From the IMG/VR virus record IMGVR_UViG_3300021197_000841, positions 8,162 through 72,161 of that record: a stretch of DNA of 64,000 nt; one strand, given 5' to 3'. The stretch is from a virus. Below the pieces are notes generated by a model, which was given only the letters and a program-made list of their open reading frames with translations, ran no database searches and was not told the DNA's origin. Below are positions 53,571 to 63,385 of this stretch, piece by piece; position 1 is the first letter of the stretch; the number at the start of each line of letters is the position of its first letter. Made by a program: the position numbers and the translations under genes.

Positions 53571-56477
53571 ATGGCAAACGATCAATTAACAACATATAAC
53601 GGTGTAGGACCAGACGGTAACTTTAGTATCGACCTGCCAGGTTGGGCAAGAGAAGCCACACAGGCTAAAATGCTAACACAACTCCGAACTATGAATAAGG
53701 AGTTTGGTAATCTTCCTAAGAATATGGAAACTGCTGTTTCTAATGCTTTAAAAGGTAATTATAAACTCTTGAAAGATTTGAATAGTAAGCAAAAGGAAAC
53801 TACTAAGAATAAAAAACAAGAGGATAAAAACCAGAAACAAAATCAGAACAAAACTCAAAAAGCACAAGAAGATACTGCTAAAGCATTATTTTCCAATGCT
53901 CAGGGTATTAAAGAACTACTTGATTTAACTAAGAACGGAAATAACAGCGACAAGCAAGGAGACGGCAGTCTACTTGATTTGGCATCAAAAGTAAATCCAG
54001 TTGCTAAGATGGTCAACGGTCTTTTCAGGGTTGTTGGCGCACTTGCTGGAGTAGTAAAAGGAATACTTGGTGTAATGACTACTTTTGCTGGTTTTACCAT
54101 CAGAGAGTTTTTCAAAGCATTTAATTTGTTAAATAAAGGTCTGCGTGACGGCACAGGTATGCTTGTTGGCTCATTTACTGAATCAGCAGTTAATGTAGCA
54201 AAACAGGCCGCTAGAGCAGGTCTAGGCCTATCGGAATTTCTTGACGCATTACGCGATAACTCCGAAGAAATCAGAGTGTTAGGTACAAAAGGATTTGTTG
54301 ACTTACGAAATAGTGTAAGAGATGCGTCTGATGGTTTTTTTGATATGGGTTACCAGAATGAAGAAATAACAAAACTACTTGGTAGAGAAATATCGATAAG
54401 GTCATTGTTAGGTATGCGACTAGACATGGCTGGAAAAGGTTTATCAGAAGATGTAGTATATGTAGGGAAACGATTACAAACAGTTGGAGCGGCGGCAGGT
54501 ATGAGTATAGAAAACTTGTATGCCGCGTCTAAATTAAGCGACGAAACAAACTCATTAATAGCCGCCAGGGCACGAAACCTAGGCGACGATGGTATATCAG
54601 CACTACAAACAAGTATAAGAGATTTATCATTGAGAATGGTAGCACTATCGCCAACTTTTGGTGCTTCCATAACTGAACCCTTGGTTAACGCCATGATAAC
54701 AGGTGCTGTTGGTTTAGATCAAGGTTTTACTGATTTAGTTACTGTATTCCCTGGACTAGTAGATGCGTTTAGAATGGGCAGAGACGAAATTGCGTCAACT
54801 GGAGAATTAAGTGCCGATGGCATTACTAGCATTATTGAATCTTTAGCAGACACCAGCGATGAAGAATTTGATAGGGCAAAAATGCTTGCCTTAATGACAA
54901 GAAATCAAACTGCAATTCAGGCAGTGAATTTTGCCAGTGAAGCACGAGCAAGAAAAAGTTTAATGGACGCCATTAATAAAGAATCGTTAACAATTAATTC
55001 AGCGGCGACTATAAGTTCCCAGGCAAAAATATTCTTTGATTTATTAAAAGCACCATTTGAAACAATGGTTCCAAACTTTATAATGAGTGTGCTAGGTGTG
55101 CCTTCAGGAAAAGATGCTAACTTGGCCATGGTAGTAGCGAAATTTGGTGAAGAAACACAAAGGTTTTTAGTAAACCTGCCATTGATTGGTAAAGCCTTTG
55201 AAGGTGATTTCTTTGCTAATCTTTCCGCGGCCGTAGAGGCTTACTTTGATCCAGACTCAAAAGCTCAAGACCGCGAAGATGCCACAGCAAGAATAAACAT
55301 AATGGTAGCAGATATGATTTCTCGTGTAGGCACAGCATTAGGTGATGGTTTGCGAGCCGGCACCATAGGCCAATCAATTGCTAAAATGTTTAGAGATTTA
55401 TTCGATGACATTATCGCAAATATATACGAATCGTCAGGTGGTGTGCTCATGAAGGAATCTATGATGGGTGTCCACCTGAGAAAAGGCAACTTTAGAGAAG
55501 CATTAGAAATTGATCCTATATTTGGTAGCAATATGATGGAACAGTTGGAACAAGATTATATTAAGAAGACTGAAGATATAATGTTAGATGCTGGAGCCAA
55601 TTTGGGGGCTTCTCAACTAAAAAGAGGATTTTGGGAAGAAGTTTTCATGGGCGAGATACTGGATTGGGTTGATTTTGGCAAGAACATGGGTAAAGTATTT
55701 AACGACGTCTTTGACCCGGACATGCCCGAGGATGTAAAGAAAGATATGATGGCCCGTCTTGCGGAAAGAGATCAGGATTTTGCAGATTTATTTAATGACA
55801 GTGGCTTTACTGACAAGTCCGGCAATAAAATGACTCCGGAGAGTTTTAAATCATTTATAACTGGCTTCGATGGAAAAATTGATTTTACCAAATTACAAGA
55901 CATCGCTCTAGACCGCGACGACGCCAATAACAAAGCGGCAGAGAAGATACTTAGTGCGTTATATGATCCTTCTGTTATGGAAAGGATCATGGAATACTCG
56001 GGCGATACCTCTTTTGAAACAAGTGGTAAATTTGCTACGGTAGAAGGCGGTAGAAGAGCACCAACATTAAAATCTGATGGTAAAACACCCGTTGCTGGCG
56101 CAAAAAAATTATCTCTTACCGCAACGGATATGGTCGGGTTTAGGCATAGTGTTGTAAGCGAAGTAGCAAGTTATAGACAACCATTAGCGGCCGCTACAGT
56201 TAATTCACTCCTCTTAGAGAATGAGAAATTTTTAGACATGTTTAAAAAGGAACAGATTAATGGAAAGCAAGTAGTTCAAATAGATAATGACGAATTTGCT
56301 GAATTATTTGGCCGGTACAGAAAAGACGACCCAAGACACGATGACGCATCATTGCCTACATTGGCACCAGGAATGCTCGATAAACTATTTGAAAAATTAG
56401 AGATAGGGACACAAGAATCCGCCGATCTTAAGGCACAAATGAACAAACTGCTAATGCGAATAGAAGACCACAGTTAA
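53571..56477 (+). CDS. tape-measure-like alpha-helical virion protein
   Basis: 968 aa, Ala/Gly/Leu/Met-rich and helical with a hydrophobic segment; lies between the chaperone-like gene and the portal. Confidence 0.6.
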   Translation: MANDQLTTYNGVGPDGNFSIDLPGWAREATQAKMLTQLRTMNKEFGNLPKNMETAVSNALKGNYKLLKDLNSKQKETTKNKKQEDKNQKQNQNKTQKAQEDTAKALFSNAQGIKELLDLTKNGNNSDKQGDGSLLDLASKVNPVAKMVNGLFRVVGALAGVVKGILGVMTTFAGFTIREFFKAFNLLNKGLRDGTGMLVGSFTESAVNVAKQAARAGLGLSEFLDALRDNSEEIRVLGTKGFVDLRNSVRDASDGFFDMGYQNEEITKLLGREISIRSLLGMRLDMAGKGLSEDVVYVGKRLQTVGAAAGMSIENLYAASKLSDETNSLIAARARNLGDDGISALQTSIRDLSLRMVALSPTFGASITEPLVNAMITGAVGLDQGFTDLVTVFPGLVDAFRMGRDEIASTGELSADGITSIIESLADTSDEEFDRAKMLALMTRNQTAIQAVNFASEARARKSLMDAINKESLTINSAATISSQAKIFFDLLKAPFETMVPNFIMSVLGVPSGKDANLAMVVAKFGEETQRFLVNLPLIGKAFEGDFFANLSAAVEAYFDPDSKAQDREDATARINIMVADMISRVGTALGDGLRAGTIGQSIAKMFRDLFDDIIANIYESSGGVLMKESMMGVHLRKGNFREALEIDPIFGSNMMEQLEQDYIKKTEDIMLDAGANLGASQLKRGFWEEVFMGEILDWVDFGKNMGKVFNDVFDPDMPEDVKKDMMARLAERDQDFADLFNDSGFTDKSGNKMTPESFKSFITGFDGKIDFTKLQDIALDRDDANNKAAEKILSALYDPSVMERIMEYSGDTSFETSGKFATVEGGRRAPTLKSDGKTPVAGAKKLSLTATDMVGFRHSVVSEVASYRQPLAAATVNSLLLENEKFLDMFKKEQINGKQVVQIDNDEFAELFGRYRKDDPRHDDASLPTLAPGMLDKLFEKLEIGTQESADLKAQMNKLLMRIEDHS

Positions 56478-56515
56478 TAATCATTATTAACCATACACCT
56501 GTTTATTACTCAAGG

Positions 56516-56544
56516 TTGACACAATATGATAAATATAGTATTAT
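56516..56544 (+). promoter_or_regulatory. composite sigma70 + late promoter upstream of portal
   Basis: TTGACA-17 nt-TATTAT, with GATAAATA (56528-56535) inside the spacer. Confidence 0.55.
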
Positions 56545-56572
56545 ATAATATGTAAAACTTGGAATAATAGAT

Positions 56573-58291
56573 ATGAGTTGGAAAAAATACTTTAACCCTA
56601 TAGAAAACAGTGCACTGCCGTCAGGCGTAGCCGGAGACAAATCCGGTAGTGCTGATATGTATGCCAGTAGGTACAGCAGTTGGTTGCCTGAAGTTTATCA
56701 AGGATCACCAGATAGGGTTATGCGTTACTATCAATATGACGCAATGGATAGAGACTTAGAAGTAAACGCGGCACTAGATATTATATCAGAGTTCTGTACA
56801 CAGGAAGATGACGATACAAAACTGCCGTTCCTTATTAATTATAATGATAAGCCTAGTTCACCTGAAGTAAAAATTATACAACAGAGTTTACAAAGATGGT
56901 GTAAACTTAATGAATTACCAAGACGTATTTTTAAAATGTTCCGCAGTACTGTTAAATACGGCGACCAAGTTTATATCAGAGACCCAGAAACTAAAAAACT
57001 ATACTGGGTAGATCCGTACCAAATTGAAAAGGTTTTAGTAAACGAAAGTAATGGTAAAAAGATCGAACAATACTTTATTAAAAATTTAGATCTACATTTA
57101 AAAGATTTAGCGGCAACCAGTGTTTCGCCTAGTTCACAAAGACCATATGGTTCAGGTGCTATAATGAGTGACTACACTAACCCGCAAGCCAGTACTGGAT
57201 TTAAGAGTAGTAGTTCGGGTTACGGTCCTGACTCGAATAACGCAGTACCAATTGATGCTCAGCATGTATTACACATAAGCATGAGCGAAGGCATGGAAAC
57301 AACATGGCCTTTTGGTAACAGCATATTAGATCCTGTGTTTAAAATTTTCAAACAAAAAGAATTATTAGAAGATGCTATTATTATTTACAGAGTACACAGA
57401 GCACCGGAAAGACGTGTGTTCTTTATTGATGTAGGTAATATGCCACCACACAAAGCACAACAATACTTAGAACGTGTTAAGTACGAAGTACAACAAAAAC
57501 GTATACCTAATAAAACAGGCGGTGGTCAAAACGTAGCAGACAGCAGTTACAATCCTATGAGTATGTTAGAAGATTACTTCTTTGCTCAAACAGCCGACGG
57601 CAGAGGTTCTAAAGTTGATACACTACCGGGTGGTGATAACTTAGGCGAAATTGATGATTTGAAATTCTTTAATAATAAACTTATTAGAGGATTAAGAATA
57701 CCAAGCAGTTACTTGCCTACTGGTCCAGACGATGGATCGGCACCATTTAACGATGGCAAGGTCGGTGTAGCATATATTCAAGAATACAGATTTGCTAAGT
57801 ATTGCGAAAGATTACAAAGACAAATTATTAAAAGTTTAAACAACGAATTCAAAGTGTTCTTAAAAGCAAGTGGCATTGAAGTAGACAACAGTTTATTTGA
57901 TATATCATTTACTGATCCGCAAAACTTTAGTTCTTACAGAGAACTGGAATTAGATCAAGCAAGAACTCAATTGTTTGGAGCACTTGAAGGTATACCTTAC
58001 TTATCCACACAATTTAAACTTAAAAAGTACTTAGGATTAACAGAAGACGAAATTGCTAGAAACGAAACATTATGGCAAGAAGAAAACGGGTATGACGCAG
58101 ATGATATCGAAGCAGATACTACATCTTCGGACTTACGTCAAGTAGGCGTAAGGCCTCAACCAGCCGGCGATGTTAGTGTAGCACCTATTGATATGGGTGC
58201 GGCTGAACCTGGCTTAGGCGGAGATATGGCAGGCGGCAACGAAGCAGGCTTAGATGAACTAAATACATTAGGAGGAGGCCCAGAAGTATAA
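56573..58291 (+). CDS. gp20: portal protein
   Basis: 'LLEDAIIIYRVHRAPERRVFFIDVGNMP..KA.QYL', 'SMLEDYFF', 'GRGSKVDTLPGG.NLGEIDD', 'LRIPSSYL'. Confidence 0.95.
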   Translation: MSWKKYFNPIENSALPSGVAGDKSGSADMYASRYSSWLPEVYQGSPDRVMRYYQYDAMDRDLEVNAALDIISEFCTQEDDDTKLPFLINYNDKPSSPEVKIIQQSLQRWCKLNELPRRIFKMFRSTVKYGDQVYIRDPETKKLYWVDPYQIEKVLVNESNGKKIEQYFIKNLDLHLKDLAATSVSPSSQRPYGSGAIMSDYTNPQASTGFKSSSSGYGPDSNNAVPIDAQHVLHISMSEGMETTWPFGNSILDPVFKIFKQKELLEDAIIIYRVHRAPERRVFFIDVGNMPPHKAQQYLERVKYEVQQKRIPNKTGGGQNVADSSYNPMSMLEDYFFAQTADGRGSKVDTLPGGDNLGEIDDLKFFNNKLIRGLRIPSSYLPTGPDDGSAPFNDGKVGVAYIQEYRFAKYCERLQRQIIKSLNNEFKVFLKASGIEVDNSLFDISFTDPQNFSSYRELELDQARTQLFGALEGIPYLSTQFKLKKYLGLTEDEIARNETLWQEENGYDADDIEADTTSSDLRQVGVRPQPAGDVSVAPIDMGAAEPGLGGDMAGGNEAGLDELNTLGGGPEV

Positions 58292-58503
58292 TGAAGATAA
58301 TGGAATTTTACGAACCAGCACATGACGAGATTCAACAACGTCATAAAACTGATACAAGAAAAAAAATGTTAAGTCTTGAAGAAGTTGGAAAACTTAGAAA
58401 GATTAGAGCACTAAAAAAACTAGAATCAGAAAAACATAAGAAACTTGCTCAGCAAATGTACAGAAAGCCAGCAGGCGACGACACTGGCGGCGGCTTACTG
58501 TAA
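58291..58503 (+). CDS. small basic head-assembly protein (gp67/68-like position)
   Basis: TAATG-coupled to the portal gene; 'DTRK..L.L...KLRK.R...MY'. Confidence 0.6.
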   Translation: MKIMEFYEPAHDEIQQRHKTDTRKKMLSLEEVGKLRKIRALKKLESEKHKKLAQQMYRKPAGDDTGGGLL

Positions 58504-58507
58504 CTAA

Positions 58508-59323
58508 ATGAAGACCCTTGTTGTCTGCGGTTGCAGTTGGAGTAGCCGTGACCCTGTATATCCCAATTTTGAATATGGCTATTTGGTAGCAAAAAAACTT
58601 GGTTACAATTATATCAATCTAGCAAGATGCGGTATGAGTAACTTTGGTATAAGGTTACAAATAGACTATGCTTTAAAACACCTTGACCCGGATCTAATGA
58701 TTATTAATGCTACAGGTGTTAATAGATTTGAAATCCTAAAAGAACTAGATAACAAATACGATCATAACAAAGCATACGATCAAATATGCTTTGGTGATTT
58801 TGATTGGGATCACTTTGATCACGAACATCACATTAATTTTGACAAAACATATGACCCACAAATTTGGTGTGACAGCATTTATACTGTAATCAGCCAAGAA
58901 GCACGCCGTTATCAACATATTGACAAAGATAGAATAAACGCATTAAAAGACTATGCGTATTATGTGTTTGACGAAAACATCAAAGCACACAATGACTATT
59001 ATGTATTACAAAGTGGTCTTTTAAGCATCATAAAACATGAAGTACCGTTTTTATTCTCACCTAATACTTTTGAATATGCTGAGTTTGATAAAACGGGTTT
59101 AATAGAGGACCATCACCATATAGACAGTTTTAACTGGGACTTCGTTCCTGATAAATATTACTTAGAAAATGGCGCAGGATACTATGCTCAATTCAATCCA
59201 GAAATGGAGGATGAGGCAGGTAATATAACAACACACTATCCTGTAAGCCATCATAACAGTCCATACGCACACTCTATATACGCAGAACATATACTAGACG
59301 AAGTGCATAAAAGACAGTTATAA
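58508..59323 (+). CDS. SGNH/GDSL-hydrolase-like protein
   Basis: Block I 'LVVCGCSWS', 'INLARCGMSN..I', C-terminal 'HNSPYAH..YA'. Confidence 0.6.
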   Translation: MKTLVVCGCSWSSRDPVYPNFEYGYLVAKKLGYNYINLARCGMSNFGIRLQIDYALKHLDPDLMIINATGVNRFEILKELDNKYDHNKAYDQICFGDFDWDHFDHEHHINFDKTYDPQIWCDSIYTVISQEARRYQHIDKDRINALKDYAYYVFDENIKAHNDYYVLQSGLLSIIKHEVPFLFSPNTFEYAEFDKTGLIEDHHHIDSFNWDFVPDKYYLENGAGYYAQFNPEMEDEAGNITTHYPVSHHNSPYAHSIYAEHILDEVHKRQL

Positions 59324-59447
59324 CTATAATAGTCAAAAATCACTTCAAAAAACACCGTTATTAGAATAAAACAGCACATATTAAGTAAATAAAAATACGA
59401 TATATCAGATCGAGTGTCTGTTATACAAAAAATATAGGAGAGTTACT

Positions 59448-60311
59448 ATGTCAGAGAACAAAAGTGTACTAGAGCAAGTTCTAGAACATCTTCTAGCAGA
59501 AGACGAGGCCAAAGCCACTGAATTATTACATGGGTTTATGGTTGAGAAGAGTAGAGATATCTATGAAAGTCTTTTAGACGAAGATGCTTTGGAAGAAGCA
59601 ATTGAAGAAGTAGCATCCGACGAAACAGTTGAAGAAGCAGAAGAATCCGATGAAGACGCAGTTGAAGAGGCTGAAGAATCAGAAGAAGAGCCTGTTGAAG
59701 AAACTGTAGGCGGATCACCAAGTGAAGACTTCTATGATGAAATAGAAGCAAACGTTGGCGCAGACGAAAGCGGCGTTAATGAAGAAGAAGACGAAATGGA
59801 ACCTGAAATGGAAATTGACGGTGAAATGGATTCAGAAGAAGGCGAAGAGGAAGTCGAAGATAGAGTTGACGACCTTGAAGCACAACTTGACGAATTAAAA
59901 GCAGAGTTTGAAAAGTTAATGGGCGACGAAGAAGGCGACGAAGAAGTTGCTGACGCAGAAGCAGATTTAGAAGATGAAATGGAAATGGAATCTTTTGAAG
60001 AAGAAATCGACCTTGACGAAGAAGTTGAAGAAGAAGTTGTAGAAGAAGCAACTACTTTTAGTAAGCCTCAAAGTGCTAAAAACGACGCAAGTGGCGACCA
60101 CACAGCATCACCAAAATTCCCAAAGAAAGAAAATTTCGGATCAGATGAAAAATCTTTATTTGGTAATGACGGTAGCGAAGGCAAGAAAGGCGGAGACGCA
60201 CCTAAAGATAATCCAGCAAGTGATAACATAGGTGAAAAACCAAAATCTGCTCCAGCACCAAAAGTTGCTAGTGAGAAGTCAGAAAGTCCAATAGCAGGAA
60301 AAGTTAAGTAA
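59448..60311 (+). CDS. highly acidic prohead core/scaffold-like protein
   Basis: Extreme Glu/Asp content; 'A.ELLH...VEKSR.IYE.L' and 'EDRV.DLE..LDELKAEFE.LM'; directly upstream of the protease. Confidence 0.7.
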   Translation: MSENKSVLEQVLEHLLAEDEAKATELLHGFMVEKSRDIYESLLDEDALEEAIEEVASDETVEEAEESDEDAVEEAEESEEEPVEETVGGSPSEDFYDEIEANVGADESGVNEEEDEMEPEMEIDGEMDSEEGEEEVEDRVDDLEAQLDELKAEFEKLMGDEEGDEEVADAEADLEDEMEMESFEEEIDLDEEVEEEVVEEATTFSKPQSAKNDASGDHTASPKFPKKENFGSDEKSLFGNDGSEGKKGGDAPKDNPASDNIGEKPKSAPAPKVASEKSESPIAGKVK

Positions 60312-60340
60312 TTAACTTAATATAATTTAAGGAGATTAAG

Positions 60341-60967
60341 ATGGCAAGACAGTTATTTGAATATTATAACCCAGCAGATGCAGAAATCATAGTAGAATCC
60401 TCTAAGGATGGAAAAGATTTATGTATGAGCGGTTTGTTCATTCAAGGCGAAGTTAAAAACCAGAATGGTAGAGTTTATCCAAAAGATGAAATTGTTACAG
60501 CAGTTGAATCAATTGGAAAAAGGCTAACAGGTGGCGAAACTGTACTTGGCGAATTAGATCATCCAACAGAATTGCAGATAAATTTAGATCGTGTCAGTCA
60601 TATGATATCAGAAATGCGAGTCGAAGGCTCAAATGGATATGGCAAACTTAAACTATTGGATACTCCGATGGGTAAGATTGCTGAAGCATTACTAAAAGGA
60701 GGCGCTAAACTAGGTGTAAGTAGCCGAGGAAGTGGTAATGTAAATGAAAGTGGTAGAGTTAGTGATTTTGACATAGTAACCGTTGATATAGTAGCACAAC
60801 CAAGTGCCCCTGACGCCTACCCTAAAGCGATCTATGAAAGTTTATTTAATATGAGAGGCGGCGCGGCTATCCATGAGATGGCTAGTGCAGTCACACACGA
60901 TAAAAAAGCAGAAATACACCTTGCTCGTATGATGGAATCCTTCATACGTGAATTAGAACTCAAATAG
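60341..60967 (+). CDS. gp21: prohead core protease
   Basis: 'G.FIQ..VKNQNGRVYP', 'GELDHP', 'RVSH', 'TPMGKI', 'LGVSSRGSG', 'DIVAQPSAPDAY'. Confidence 0.95.
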   Translation: MARQLFEYYNPADAEIIVESSKDGKDLCMSGLFIQGEVKNQNGRVYPKDEIVTAVESIGKRLTGGETVLGELDHPTELQINLDRVSHMISEMRVEGSNGYGKLKLLDTPMGKIAEALLKGGAKLGVSSRGSGNVNESGRVSDFDIVTVDIVAQPSAPDAYPKAIYESLFNMRGGAAIHEMASAVTHDKKAEIHLARMMESFIRELELK

Positions 60968-60977
60968 GAGATAGCAA

Positions 60978-62108
60978 ATGGCGGAAACAACCACATTTAA
61001 TGACCTTTTAGAATCTGGAAACTTATCAGAAGACGTTAAGATTTCAATTCAAGAGGCATGGGAATCACGCCTTGCTGAAGCCAAAGACCAGTTAACTGCA
61101 GAACTTAGAGAAGAATTTTCACAAAGATTTGAACATGACAAACAACAAGTTGTTGAAGCCATGGACAAATTTATTACTGAATCTCTAACAGACGAGTTAG
61201 CAGAATTGGCCGAAGATAAGAAGGCAACTGTAGCCGAAAGAGTAAACTATAAAAAGGCTGTTAGCGAACATGCTAACGTCCTTAACAAGTTCATCACAGA
61301 AACATTAGCATCAGAAGTTACTGAATTAAAAGCGGATAGAACAGCACAAAGTGAAAACTTTGCTAAACTTGAAAACTTTGTTTTAGAAGCAGTAGCAGAC
61401 GAAATTAAGGAATTCCACGCAGACAAACGTGAATTGGCTGAAAAGAAAGTTCAGTTAGTCCGTGAAGGAAGAACTCAATTAGCAGATGCTAAAAAAGAAT
61501 TTATTAGAAGAGCGGCAGATAAGGTTGAAGCAACCATATCTTCAGCATTGAAAAACGAAGTTTCTCAATTCAAAGAAGATATAACTAAGGCTCGTGAAAA
61601 CGAATTCGGCAGAAGAATTTTCGAAGCAATGGCAAGTGAGTACGGAACTTCGTATTTAAATGAAAATACTGAAGTAAGAAAACTCAAAGCAGAATTAACA
61701 TCACTGAAAGGTGAAATTAGTAATGCTAAAGTTAGTGCTGAAAAAATTGCAGAAGATAAAAAATTAGTTGAATCTAAACTCAGAATTTCAGAGGATAGAG
61801 CAACAAGAACAAAGGTCATGACAGACTTACTTGCCCCTTTAAGTAAGGACAAGAAAGAATTAATGACAGAACTGCTAGAAACAGTTAAAACAGAAAAACT
61901 TGAAGAATCATTTAACAAGTACCTTCCAAGTGTAATAAACGAAGAAGTTTCAGTTAGAACTAAGAAAGCAGTTATCAATGAATCAGTGACATCAGAACAC
62001 ACTGGTAATAGATCGTTGGACGGGCAGACCGGCTCCACCAATGAAGAAATAGTTGATTCATCAGTCGTAGAGATCGATGAGTTAAGAAAACTAGCCGGAC
62101 TTAAATAA
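60978..62108 (+). CDS. gp22: prohead core scaffolding protein
   Basis: Long Glu/Lys-rich coiled coil between the protease and the major capsid gene. Confidence 0.8.
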   Translation: MAETTTFNDLLESGNLSEDVKISIQEAWESRLAEAKDQLTAELREEFSQRFEHDKQQVVEAMDKFITESLTDELAELAEDKKATVAERVNYKKAVSEHANVLNKFITETLASEVTELKADRTAQSENFAKLENFVLEAVADEIKEFHADKRELAEKKVQLVREGRTQLADAKKEFIRRAADKVEATISSALKNEVSQFKEDITKARENEFGRRIFEAMASEYGTSYLNENTEVRKLKAELTSLKGEISNAKVSAEKIAEDKKLVESKLRISEDRATRTKVMTDLLAPLSKDKKELMTELLETVKTEKLEESFNKYLPSVINEEVSVRTKKAVINESVTSEHTGNRSLDGQTGSTNEEIVDSSVVEIDELRKLAGLK

Positions 62109-62120
62109 TAGGAGAATATA

Positions 62121-63266
62121 ATGGCAGAAGCATTATTTGAATCAAATTGGTCCGCAACCAAGGAAGCCTTACTAGAAGGTTTACAAGGATCAAAAAAGAG
62201 CACTATGGATGTGATTCTTGAGAACGCAAAAGTTCAATTACAAGAAGCCGCGTCTGCAGGTTCAACAATGAGCGGAAACATTGCCTCTTTAAACAAGGTT
62301 ATGTTACCTCTTATTAGAAGGGTTATGCCTTCATTGATCGCCAACGAATTACTTGGTGTGCAACCAATGAGTGGACCTGTAGGACAGATCCACACATTAA
62401 GAGTTAGATACGCAGAGACTAAAGACTCTGTGACAGCGGGACAAGAGGCTTTAAGTCCTTTCGCATTAGCAACAGCATATTCAGGAACACCTGATGCAAC
62501 TGCGGCAAGTGAAGGAACTGCAGGAAGCAAAATGTCTATCCAAATCTTAAAACAAACAGTCGAAGCAAAATCAAGACGTCTATCAGCAAGATGGACTTTT
62601 GAGAGTGCACAAGACGCAAACGCAATGCACGGTGTTGATGTAGAGGCAGAAATTATGCAAGCCTTAGCACAAGAAATTGCGGTAGAAATCGATCAAGAGA
62701 TGTTAGCGAAGTTAAGAGCACTTGCTCCAACAGTCGAAACATTAGATTTCAACACTGGAATCACAGGTACACAAACGTATATCGGTGAAAGACATGCAAT
62801 CTTAGCGATTCTAATTAATAGAGTTGCAAACTTGATTGCCGCTAGAACAAGAAGAGGCGCAGGTAACTATGTTGTTGTAAGTCCACAGGCTTTAACAATA
62901 TTACAATCAGCGACTACTTCAACTTTTGTTAGAAGTACAGAAGGTCCATTTGAAGCACCAGTAAACAGTAAGTTTGTTGGAACTTTAAACGGTACTGTTA
63001 AAGTATTTGTTGACAATTATGCGGCAGATAACACGTCAGTACTAGTAGGATATAAAGGTTCATCTGAAACAGATGCTCCAGCATTCTACTGTCCTTACAT
63101 TCCGTTAATGAGCACAGGACCAGTTATGGATCCTGCTACATTTGAACCAGTAGTGTCATTTATGACAAGATACGGTTACATTGAGTTGACTAATACAGCA
63201 TCATCTCTTGGTAACGCGGCTGACTACTTAGGTGAAATTGCATTAGCAAACGTTTCATTCAAGTAA
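62121..63266 (+). CDS. gp23: major capsid protein
   Basis: 'LIRRVMPSLIA.EL.GVQPMSGPVGQI', 'TVEAKSRRLSARWT.E.AQD..AMHG', 'EIDQE', 'TRRGAGN', 'FYCPYIPL', 'FMTRYG'. Confidence 0.96.
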   Translation: MAEALFESNWSATKEALLEGLQGSKKSTMDVILENAKVQLQEAASAGSTMSGNIASLNKVMLPLIRRVMPSLIANELLGVQPMSGPVGQIHTLRVRYAETKDSVTAGQEALSPFALATAYSGTPDATAASEGTAGSKMSIQILKQTVEAKSRRLSARWTFESAQDANAMHGVDVEAEIMQALAQEIAVEIDQEMLAKLRALAPTVETLDFNTGITGTQTYIGERHAILAILINRVANLIAARTRRGAGNYVVVSPQALTILQSATTSTFVRSTEGPFEAPVNSKFVGTLNGTVKVFVDNYAADNTSVLVGYKGSSETDAPAFYCPYIPLMSTGPVMDPATFEPVVSFMTRYGYIELTNTASSLGNAADYLGEIALANVSFK

Positions 63267-63288
63267 GAACTCTTACAAGAAACAGATT

Positions 63289-63319
63289 AAAGCACTTCCT
63301 TCGGGAGGTGCTTTTTTTT
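63289..63319 (+). terminator. rho-independent terminator after major capsid gene
   Basis: AAAGCACTTCC-TTCG-GGAGGTGCTTT stem with a cUUCGg tetraloop, followed by a T8 tract. Confidence 0.92.
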
Positions 63320-63344
63320 GACTCCGCAATTATTTGACTATTTT

Positions 63345-63352
63345 GATAAATA
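63345..63352 (+). promoter_or_regulatory. late promoter box GATAAATA
   Basis: Same octamer as at 3108, 8753, 36115, 36747, 46129, 53493, 53531 and 56528; a variant of the T4 late box TATAAATA. Confidence 0.7.
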
Positions 63353-63385
63353 TGTTAAAGCAACCTATCATAGTGTGGAGTATAA

